Of a stretch of 64,000 nt of DNA, positions 53,010-64,000 are shown piece by piece. Both the position numbers and the translations under genes were made by a program. Source of the DNA: Octopus vulgaris (Eukaryota); NCBI GenBank assembly GCA_951406725.2, contig OX597815.1:174344001-174408000 (forward strand), given 5' to 3'. Numbering within the stretch: position 1 is the first letter of the stretch; every line of letters begins with the position of its first letter. Below the pieces are notes generated by a model. It did no database searches. It saw nothing but the letters and a program-made list of their open reading frames with translations, and was not told the origin of the DNA.

Positions 53010-53246
53010 CGCAGTGCCACATAAAAAGCACTCATGCTGGTGCCACTCATAGAGGCACACATGTCAGTGGATTGATAGACACACCCAGCGCCCACTCTAA
53101 AGTGGTTGGTGCTAGGAAGGACATCCAGCCATAGCAACCAAGGCAAATCAAACTGGAACCTGGTGCAGCTTCCCAGGTTGCTAGCTCTGATCGCTGTCCA
53201 ACCCATGCCAGCATGGAAAAGGGACATTAAAGGATGATGATGATGA
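53010..53246 (+). mobile_element. RTE 3'UTR fragment with (GAT)n tail
   Basis: Shared aggaagg.catccagc...ccaacccatgccagcatggaaa motif. Confidence 0.75.
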
Positions 53247-55549
53247 TTTATATATATATAATATCTATACACACATACACACATTGGCATGGTGATGCGG
53301 TTAAAAATTTCATTTCCCAATCATATGGCTTTAGGTTCAATCCTACTGTATTCCACCTTGGGCAAGTGTCTTCAACTGTAGCTCCAGATGAAACAAGGCT
53401 TTGCATATGGTTTCAGTGGGCAGAAAGTGAAATAAGCCCATTATGCATGTGTGTGTGTGTGTGAGTATATATACATGTGTGTGTTTGTTTATGCTTGCAT
53501 TTCTCTGAAAATTGCAAGCAGTGACATTGTTATCATTTCCCCACCATCTACTAGCTTTGTACTTTTGAAAATGTATGGAAAAAGACATCCTTTATTTGAA
53601 AAACAAGTGAGTGTTAGCATCTGGAAGGGCGTCCAGCTGTAACACAATGCTCAATAATATATTCATCTAGTATGGAAAAACTGGTGTACAAATGAATGGC
53701 ACACAGACACACACGCATGCATTCATGCGTGTCCACTACCAGTGAATCTTCAATCATGAAAATTTATAAATTTTAAACTTTATATGTGTTTATTCGTTGT
53801 TTTTATGCATTTAAAAACATTAATCTTTAAGAACATACACACACGTGTTTGTGTCTATATATTCATGTGTGTGTGTCTCTCTATATATGTGTGTGTCTAT
53901 ATATCTATATGTGTGTGTATGTCTATATATATACATGTCTGTGTGTGAGTGTGTGTGTACAGTGGGTGGAGAATGTAGAATTACTGATTGTAAAATTTGG
54001 ATTTTCTCCACAAACCTATTAGGCTAAGATTCGTTTAACTTCTCATTTGAAAAGAAAGTGCCAAAATTGCTATTTTTAACATTTTCTTTTTGTTATTTGA
54101 TTACATTTATTTCGTTCATTATGTTGTAATTGGCACTTTTCAAAAGATTTCAATTCAATTTAGAAGGTTTGGAAACTAAATTCAAATAATTCTTCTAAGG
54201 ATAGAAATATTCTTAGTTCCAATTGATTTAATAGAGGAAAGGCAAAAAAAGGTAGTAGATGTGTATTTTATTTTCATTTTCCATGTACTAGAGAAAGAAA
54301 ACCATTCCTCCACCTTAAGGAATGTGTGTGTTGTTTTCTTCTGATTTGGTGCAGTAAAATACTCAAATAACAAAATCCCTGGAGATTTGGGACACTTAAG
54401 AATTTTCTGCTATCTGAGTTTTTTGGGGTTTTTTTAACAGTAAATAAGAAATAGAAATATAGTCTAATGAATACAAATTTTAAGTGTGAAATAATTGGAA
54501 GTGGGGCATTTTAAAATTAATCCTCTTGTTACCATATTTCTATTGAAACTCACTGCCTGTTAGGAAAATAATTTTGTCATTGTTAAGCTGATGTTTGGAA
54601 CCTAAACAAACGTGGAAAGTTTGGAAGGTTTTTAGATCACTTTAAAAAAAAAAGCAAGTTTGTATCATAGAACCAGTGGTTGCCTTGGACAGTTTGGAAT
54701 GAAAAGGATTAAAGATGCATTTTCAAAACATGGAAAAACAAAAACAAAAATACTGCATTTTTCATCATACAAGTCAATGTGGTATGGATATTCAAACATC
54801 ACCACTATCTTTCCAAATCCTGCTGCATTTTACTTGGAACTTTTGGTCCTCAGAAGTTGTCTTGGTATATATGTTAACTTATTTTTCGGGTGTAAATTTT
54901 GGTATGAAAAATTTGACCCATTTGCCGGAAAATAAAGTACTTTTGGATGTAGAATGCTTCTTGCCTCATGCTCTTGCTTGATGAGGCCAGGGTCATCCCA
55001 AGTTAGTGGTCCCAGAGATATTGTCATGCATAAAATCAACCAGGTCCACCAGTGCTCTCCATCACTGGTGGTCCCATGCCAGCCCCACTGCATTGTAGGT
55101 ATGAAATGTCTGTATAGAGATATATTGTCAAAATATGACAAAAAATAAATTAGATCTTACATCATGTTTATTTATAAGGCAACTGTTGTCAGAAAATAAG
55201 AATTTGAAAGATAAATGAACATTTTTAATTAGAAGAAAAACATTTTAACATTAAAAAATATATATAAAATTATTTCAAATTCTCCAGTGTTTTATCTATG
55301 GCTAACTTTTCATCAATGAATTTCTTTAAAAATTTCTTATTGTTGTTTTGCTTTGTTGACTTCTGTTTTGATAAGATCATTGAGTTCTTAGTAAATACTC
55401 CTGTATTAGTTCTTGCATAGAACAGGGTTTCTCATGCTGAGTTCTGCATCAGCTATTACTAGTTCTCTGACTTTTAGGGAAATAAACGATTGTTTTGAAA
55501 GATCGACACAGATAATTGTAATAAAACATTGTTTATTAAAAAATGGTTG

Positions 55550-55920
55550 TATAGGCACAGACATGAATCACTTTGCAACCACAAGCTTTTGAATTCAGTC
55601 TCAGTGCACTGTACCTTCACCTAGTGTCTTCTACTATAGCCCTTGGTTGACCAATGCCTTGTGAGTCACTTACTAGACAGAACCAATGTGGAGGCCCATC
55701 ATGAATGTACATTTATGTTTGTGTGTGTCTGTTTGTTTTTATTTTCCCTATCCCATTGCTTGGCAACTGGTAATGGTTTGTTCACATCCCTGTATCTTAG
55801 CAGTTCAGCAAAGGAAACCAATAGAGTAAGTACTGGGATCAATCTATTTGACTAAAACCCTTCAAGGTGGTGCTCCAGCATGGCTACAGTTCAATGACTA
55901 AAACAAGTTAAAGAGATAAA
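55550..55920 (+). mobile_element. Family-C SINE
   Basis: gtgtcttctactatagcc...ggtgctccagcatggc.acagt..aatgact.aaacaagt. Confidence 0.8.
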
Positions 55921-56966
55921 ACATTGTAATCAATAATTTAATCAGAATAAGCAATAAAAACAAGGTTTACCATGGAGTTATGAATGACAAGATTTGAGAT
56001 TGATAAAAATATAAAATTCCATTACTATTGCAATTTCTTACTATGTTGCTAAGAGTCAACAATTCTGGGCACAAAGACAATTTATTACAAGGACCAACAA
56101 CAACAAACTGATATTAAAATAAATTATGAAAATATAAAAATGACACTGCTTTGCATTTAATATATTTAAAATTTTCCATAGATTTCATACCTAAAATTTT
56201 GTATATATTAATGCAAAATAGGTTTTTCTTTTTTCTTTTTAAATGGTTGAATTATCTTTGGAAATAATTTCCTCTGCAGTTTGGTTTGATTTGGTAGCTT
56301 ATAAATACAACAATACCAGAGTTGTCAAATACAATAAATGTCATGCCAGAGTTGCTGAACATATGCTATGCAGAACTCTCAGGTCACGCTTTATAAGAAC
56401 ATTCCAGTCAGCTTCAATAATACAAATGTGAAAAAGACACGTACGTTTCCCTAGGCAACAAATGAATTTTATTAAATTTGTATTGTGATAATTTATATTG
56501 CAAGGTATGATCGGCTCGTTTTACTATTCAGAATATGTTTTAGATGTATAGTATGTTGCCCTACTGGTTTCCATTAAAATGAACGCAGAACTACAGTAAA
56601 CAATATAAGGAGACATGATCATGTGTTTTCCTAATTAATCAAAGCTCAAAAGCACGAGACTTGGTCGAAGGCCAAGAGTTTATTTATGCATATGCAAAAG
56701 TATCTGATGTATTTTTGTTATTTTTTTTTTTCCATAATATATAATTAAACTATGCTTTTTCTTCTTTTTCTCTTTCATTTTTAAAATAATACAATTCTTG
56801 ACCGAATAATACATTCTTGACCAAAAATGTCTAACATTATAGTGATCTGCATTTGAAATGTCTTTGCTTGTACCAAAGCATCCCTAAAATGTTTTGAGTA
56901 ATAGTATAGATTCCATTTGTGCATATATAGTATACCCTAACCAGTTGTATAATAATAATAATAATA

Positions 56967-57330
56967 ATCCTTTCTACTGTAGGCACAAATTTGGGGGAGG
57001 GGGATAGTTGATTACATCAACCCCAGTACTCAACTGGTATTTAATTTATTGACTCCAAAAGGATGAAAAGCAAAGTCAACTCTGGTAGAATTTGAACTCA
57101 AGATGTTAAGAGTCAATAGAAATGCTGCTAAGCATTTTTTTCGGGCACAGTAATGATTCTGCCAGCTTGCCAATAATAATAAGGCTAGCAATTTGGCATA
57201 GGGGTAAGTTGATTACATTGACCCTAGTATTCAACTGGTACTTATTTCATTGACCTCAAAAGGATGAAAGATAAAGTTGACCTCAGCGACATTTAAACTG
57301 AGAACATACAGGCAGGCATAATGCCACTAG
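56967..57330 (-). mobile_element. Two tandem family-B SINEs
   Basis: caactggta.tt.attt...aaaaggatgaaag..aaagt occurs twice. Confidence 0.8.
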
Positions 57331-57460
57331 GCAGGTTTATATGACATACCTTGTGTCTCCAAGCAATCTTCAGGCTCTGATCACTTTCATAAAATGATAT
57401 TTATCTCTCACTGAATGGAGCACCTTTTTTTGTTGATCTTACCATAATGGAACAGTGAAC

Positions 57461-57493
<33 letters not shown>

Positions 57494-58373
57494 TAAAATG
57501 GTATTGCTTAGTTCCTGACCAGTAGGGTTAAGTCTATGACTAAACTTCTGGTTACAGAATAGGCAGACAGTGATAATGTAGAAAGTAATCTTCAGTCTTA
57601 ATGTGAATAAGTCCTTTTTAGTACTGGTGCAATTGTAACATACACTCAATACATTCTGTAAAGCGGTTAGGCTAAAAATGAAATGCATAAATAAGATGTA
57701 GTCTCTGTTTCCTCAAGGAATGCAGTCATTCTCAACAGGAACTGATTTGGACCATGAGGAACCATCCAACTCATGCCAACACAGAAAAGTAGATATTTAA
57801 AATCAGGGTAATGCTGTAACAATGTTATATACATAAAGATATATAAATACTGCTTTTAAAACAATACATACACAAATACAATATATGCAAGCAAAGGACA
57901 TGTGTTTTTTCATCCAGCAACTCTCACCTCTCTCTCTCTCTCTTTCCCACATCCACCATATCCAATGTTTTACACTCATCCTGCAATTAGTGAGTTACCA
58001 CACACATATACATGATCACATATGCAGGTGGAGGAAAGCAATGCAGTCATTGGTATAGACTTCCGAGGGCAGAGCAAAGACTTAATGCAAATTGATGCAG
58101 AATTTTCAGTGTAACTCCTGCTTGAATAATAAGTGGTTTTCGTATAAAAATGTTAATTATGGATATAGTCTACTGAACTTGTGAAATTTGGCAACTCATC
58201 TAATATTACCCGATAATTTCCAATCGCTTTCAATTTAGGCTACAATATATATGAACTGGTTGCTAAAAATAGTGCACATTGTTGGTATGAAATAGTTTAG
58301 TGACTTTTCTAATGCATGCATAATGAAAATAAAAATATTTTCTTCAATGAAAAAAATTACATTCTATGTCTTT

Positions 58374-60270
58374 AATGGATAAATGATTAAAGATGATTTA
58401 TCATATTGTATTTTTATAATGCTAATAATCAGAAATTCTAACAATGTGAATAAATGTTTATTCAGTTTGAGCCTGTTAAAAGTTTATCTACAAAAAGCAA
58501 CATCAGAATAAGATGAACAAAATAAAAATGTGAAAAGAAAATGTGATAAAACTGGACTGTATTGTGTGTGGACAGGTCTTAAATAATAGCAGCCCAAATT
58601 CAACTAAACATTCAATCTAATGAGGTTTACTTCCAATTTTTAAAATTCAAGTGAAGGATATTTTAAGAGAAAGTGTTTGGAATTGAATCTAAGAAAGCTA
58701 CATTTTTGACAAATCAAAAACATAGAAAATGTCTTACTTGCTTTATATTGCATTGGTTATCAGCTGGTAAAAACTGATGAAGTACATACACTTACAGAAA
58801 ACTTGGTTTTCCATACAAAAGATTTGGTGGATTGCATGCGTAAAGGTTTTTATAATATATCACTTTCTAATGACCCAGTTTCAAGGCATATTCATGAAAT
58901 ATGAAACAAAGCTAATAAGATTAAAATGAGTTCAACATTGTCTTCTTAAATGGATGAGTAAACAGACATTGCTGGCTGTGTGTTTGCATGCTATGTTTAT
59001 AAAGGTAGTATTTAAAAAGACTTACTAACCCTTTTGATACCCACCTGCTTGACACTGCTACTGGTTTCATGATAAAATTTTCTTGTTTTAAAGTGATCTA
59101 AATTAAGATTTTCCTTCAGAATTTCATGTTAATTTATGTTCCAAATACCAAATTAATAATGAGTTATTTTACAAAATTCTTCTATATTTTCAAAATTAAT
59201 TGAAACATAAGCAATGCATTTCTCCAGAAATATGGTAAAAGAAAAAAGGGTTTACCTGCAAACCTTTGGAAAGTCAAGTTACAGAAGAAGCAATATTTAA
59301 TCTAATAATGAAAAAAAAAAAAAATGACATTTCATGGAAACTTTATTCAAGTATTTTGCCTGGCGAAACTACAGCTTTGGTTGGGGAAATATGGCAAAAA
59401 ATGAAAAAATATATAAATCAGAAAGTTAAAAGCATTCACTATTGCCTTCATTATCAAACACTAGCAAAGAAATTTAAGCCACAAGATCTGAAATTAGTAG
59501 TAAATAATACTGCAAAACTAACTCATTAATTTTATTAAATCAAGACTATTAGATGCTATAAATCTTCAATATGAGAGTGCTGTATATTCAAATGGCATGA
59601 CTTTTTGAATTGCATGAAGAACTTGGATTATTTCTCTCTGAATATTCTTTTGAATTTTTAACCAAATTAAAGGATCGGGTTTAAATAGGGGAAAAGCCAT
59701 ACGTCTTTCTAATATATTCACTTAGTTAACCAATGCAGGGATTCAGAATAACTTGCTTCAACTGGATGTATTTAAGTGTTACCTAAAATTCAAGGTTGTC
59801 TCTATACGTAAGAATGATGTTGAGTATTTTGAAATCCTTAGAGAAATTTTGATAGTAAAATTAAGTCAAGATCCAAAATCTTAATTTTGCAACATTTGTC
59901 TGAGATGTGTAAATTAATGACAGTAAATTCTTGTTGAAACTGAAAACCCATGTGTAGACTCATTAAACTCGAGCAATATTTCATTGGAAGAAAAGGAACA
60001 GCAAATAGACATTGCAACAGATTTTATTTTAAAATCAAAATGCCAAAAGAAACTGATAAAATTTGAGATTGCATTATCAGCCTGCTATGAATCCTAAAAC
60101 TAAAGGTGTTAATGTGATTTCTAACTACGTATTTATGTGAAAGAACTTTTACACTTTATTCAGTAACAAAGGAAACAACAAAGGTTGAGTATAGAAGCTA
60201 ACTCACCACTAGAAATAACATCCATATTTACAAGTATTTCTATGACCAGAAGTAGATTCATCCAAGTAAC
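58374..60270 (+). mobile_element. Decayed Buster/Charlie-type hAT transposase, with a MITE inserted at 59025-59252
   Basis: YQLVKTDEVHTLTENLV, ISLSNDPVSRHI, MDE*TDIAG, HYCLHYQTLAKK.KP.DL, INFIKSRL and TTYLCERTF occur in the order of Buster-family motifs. Confidence 0.85.
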
Positions 60271-62374
60271 TAACCATTAATGTTTTAATTATTGAAGTTG
60301 AATTTTTCAAACCACTAAAGTGAGAAAAGTAACTAAGTTTTACTAACACAATGTTATTTTAATGCTCCTTTGCAGCATGACTCTGCTTTTTAACCTCCTC
60401 CTCCTTTCAAATAAATTTGGTGTTCTGAAAATTATCCCGGTCTAAGGAGTTTCATAAGTATAAAAAATTCAAGAAACTCTGGCACAAAAAAACTGATTCT
60501 CTTCAGAATAGGAAAGAATTGTATCCATGTGCAATTGAGCATTAACTTCACTGGGAAAAATTGCTACATCTTGATTTTGAGGATTAACCATACGGTCAAT
60601 AATCTTCCAGTTCATACAAGTTTGATTTAATATCATTATCAACCGCATTCCAATCAATATCTTTGAGATTATGTAATGGATTTTCTATTGATGTCTGAAC
60701 TCTCTGCATTATTTCTTTTGTGTTCAGTTAAACATTAAAACCACCAAAATCGTCTTCATCTGCTTCGGACACTTAAATATGAAAACAGGACAAACTATCA
60801 CTATGCTCTGAAAAGAGAGGCTCAGTAGAAATCCAAGCCACAGCAAGTGAAAATAATGTAATCTTAATTGTAAATTAGCATTGAAATTTAAGCATAGAAA
60901 CTTCATTGTTGATTCTTTAGTCTATTGAGTGTATAGAAGGTAACATTGGGTGATGGACATTAAAAAATACTTTCATAATCTGAAACTAAAGACTCATTTC
61001 TTGATGAGAACTTGCCAATGTTTTCATTGGTAAATATTTATAGCAAAGACTAGTTCTATTAGCATTATATAATCAATAAGTTGTAAAATTATGTTCTTTG
61101 ACAAGTTCGTCAAAAGCCTCACTATATAAATAAGCTGCTTCAAAGTATGCTGATTATTTTTTGACAAATTTTTCTTATTCTTTGACATTTTTATGATCCC
61201 CAAATCTTGTTTTTTTTTTCTGTAAAAATATTTTGCTTTCCTAAAATCATAGGCCCCAGTATAGCCATGCCATCTGAAAATTTCAATTAAAAAATCCTAT
61301 GTGCAATATTTTATCTAAATTTTAATATGCAGACTTTTCCAATTTGCTGTTTAAGAACATGCTGTCAAATTTAAAAGTTTGTGTTCTTAATGTTGTATAG
61401 TTAGCAATCCAATGTTAAATTGTTAACAGCACCTTTTTATTAAGCTTCATTTCATTTTCTTAATATTTAGTTTGTCACTAAATGTTAATGTTGTTCACCT
61501 TTGTTTCTTGTTCTCAATAACTTTAACCACTGCAATAGTATGTATAACAAAGAATAAATTGTTTAAAATACAGTACTACAGGCTTCACATGTTATCTGCC
61601 TGGTATTCATTTTATAAATGACAGCAGCAGGTGCCTGACAGTTTTCTTTTACTATAACAATTTTTAAAAGTACCATTAGCTTGAGTTTTCATTATTCTGG
61701 ATGCTGCTGTTTCAAAAGTTTAGTCTACAGGGTGTATTGGGTAGGAATATCGGCAGTTTTTAATATATTAACAATATTCATACACAAGAGAAATAAATAG
61801 TAATTTTGAGTTTTATCTTCATTTTTTTTTTTTTTTTGCCATTCTAATATCTGAATTATTGTTATCTTTTTTTTTCTAGACACAAAAGAATCTTTTTTTT
61901 TTATTTGTGATGGGATAAGAGAGAAAGTGTGGGAGACATGAACAGCTTTGTTTGTTTATCTTTGAATCATTGGTTACACTTTTTATTTATTTGTGTTTCC
62001 ATGCAGTTTTACTTGCAGTATTCGCATGAAAACTAATTCTCTTCTGTAAATGTAAGTTTTCAAGCAAATGAAAATCAATAGCTATTCTCAAGTTTCTAAT
62101 GACCATAAATACAGATAAACAAATGGGTGGGGTTTAGCCTCTTCTAACTAAAATTAAACCGCATCAGAAATGAAATCTGATGCACTGAATCTCTGTTGGA
62201 TGGCATCTGTCAAGATAATTTCATACTCGAAACAAACCAAACCTCCTTTCAGTCTTAGAGTGGCCAGTTTTAGATAGTGTATTCAATCATAAACTGATTG
62301 GTATTAGTTTCTTCAGTATTACATAAAAGCATAATTAGAACACTGATGCAAACATATACAAATGCATATGCTCT

Positions 62375-62407
<33 letters not shown>

Positions 62408-63174
62408 TCATATGTGTGCGCGCATGCCTGGACACAATAAAATGCACAAATTCATATGACAGCTTCTGAGACACAAACACGCACATATATTCATATTTCT
62501 TTGCACATACATACAAAGATACCCTAGCCTGCATATGACTAGTTACATACTCCTATGCATATGCATGAACACACTGTTTTATGCATACACCTCTATTCAC
62601 CCATGAACAACTGTTCTCTAAGACATGTACATATTTTCTTTTCCGGGCTAATGCACATTTAGTTTGTTTTTTTTTTCTGTGTACAGATATTTTTTATATG
62701 TATGCACATAAGCAGTAATCTGTAGGCATGCTCTTGTATCAGCATACATAATCACGCACAACAGCTGTGCTAATGTCACGCACACCTACACAATTTAATA
62801 ACAGTATCTTTTGCAGTTAATAATATGCATGTGAAAAGACCAAATAGAAATATTGTGTAGCAATTTTACCAAAATAAATATTATTTTCATGATGACACTG
62901 TGTATCTATGAATTTGTTTATTACTCGGAGCTTAACTTTCCTCCTACATTTATATGTTGTTTAATCTGGGTTAGTCCTGATCCAACAGATCTATGATAAA
63001 AACTGTTTCGGTGTGATGTTCCTGATGTAATGTATCTAGAACAACAATATCCATTAAATCCTTTTAGCATGTGATTTGAGGTAGATTTTAAAGTTATTTG
63101 TGGTGGAAAAATTGAGACTGTTTTGTAGGCTCTGCAACTGCTTAGAGGTTCCCACTTTGGCTTGTGCATATATA

Positions 63175-63315
63175 TATACCAGAGTAAGCACATAAATGTA
63201 AAACAAGGTGGAAAAAAGAGTACTCAAATACCAGAGGTAGAGTAATATGCTTTATTTAAAAGCAGCAGAAATATAACAAAAGCTGTTGTTATATTTCTGC
63301 TGCTTTTAAATAAAG
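63175..63315. repeat. Repeat terminus ending in a perfect 30-bp fold-back hairpin (63250-63279 / 63286-63315)
   Basis: ctttatttaaaagcagcagaaatataacaa-aagctg-ttgttatatttctgctgcttttaaataaag. Confidence 0.85.
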
Positions 63316-63349
63316 TGTGTAATATATATATATGTGTGTGTGTGTGTAT

Positions 63350-63570
63350 GGAGACACATGGCCTAGTGGTTAGAGCAGTGGTCAAGGGATCGCAAGTTCG
63401 AATCTCAGACCGGGCAATGTGTGTGTTTATGAGCGAACTTTCTCTAACTCTTTCCTCCTGCATCTTGCAGCTCACCTGCGATGGACTGGCGTCCCGTCCA
63501 GGTGAGGAGCCTATATGCCAAGGAAACTGGGAAACCGGCCCTTATGAGCTACACAGACATGAAGGAAGTA
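63350..63570 (+). mobile_element. tRNA-derived SINE with V-domain-like core
   Basis: A box tggcctagtgg, B box gttcgaatc, core cctgcgatggactggcgtcccgtccagg. Confidence 0.75.
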
Positions 63571-64000
63571 AATAGACACCTTTAATTTTCAAAATTTCTG
63601 ATCTAAGTGTCTTAATATGTTTTCAGCGGTGTAGAATTTACAATGTAATTATTCTTTTTCATTTCATTTCATTTTATTAAACTTTTGCCATGCACAAAAA
63701 ATTCAGCAGAGCTGTCAGATTTTCAAAGAGTTTGTACTGTTGGGCAATCTGAGGCTGGTCTTAGCCAGTGAAAAATTACCGAAAATCTTCAAATTCCTCT
63801 TACTACTGTTAATAGAATTATAGTGCAATTTAAAAGCCAAGGAAAAGAATCAACAGATTCTTGTCCCAGCCGACCTGGGCCCCCAGAAATAAAGCTTCAC
63901 TTTTGAAGAGAATTGTGGAAAACACCCTGTTCAAAGGCTTTTGACATTGCAAAACAGCTAGAAGTTAATCCAAGAATGTGTGGTACATATCTACATAAGC

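Noticed and set aside
58774-58802. CTGATGA...GAAA hammerhead-like match
   Set aside because: Lies within hAT transposase coding remnants and lacks stems I and III.
60400-60910. Minus-strand ORF fragments (SEADEDDFGGF...) suggesting a nested gene or piggyBac remnant
   Set aside because: Interrupted by stops, with no splice signals or diagnostic catalytic motifs recognised.

Overview
AT-rich, repeat-dense eukaryotic DNA. The SINE/RTE repeats and microsatellite spectrum look like a cephalopod (octopus) genome; this is inferred by eye, not from a database search. The only confident host gene is the first coding exon of an AGPAT1/2-like lysophosphatidic acid acyltransferase (+, 30482-30669). It lies behind a CpG-retaining promoter, and no exon 2 was found in the remaining ~33 kb. 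There are weak hints of a divergent minus-strand gene to the left. The rest is mobile DNA: a full-length decayed mariner, two further mariner remnants, a Tigger/pogo, a Buster-type hAT, a young non-autonomous Helitron, RTE LINE fragments, several tRNA-derived SINE families and MITEs. Nearly all ORF-track calls are microsatellite or transposon artefacts. The most striking structure is a near-perfect 1.14-kb palindrome (51373-52509) in the presumed AGPAT intron, with a type I hammerhead ribozyme motif at the outer end of each arm. Several degenerate hammerheads and smaller fold-backs occur elsewhere, including a tRNA-SINE head fused to a hammerhead. Most repeat boundaries are approximate.
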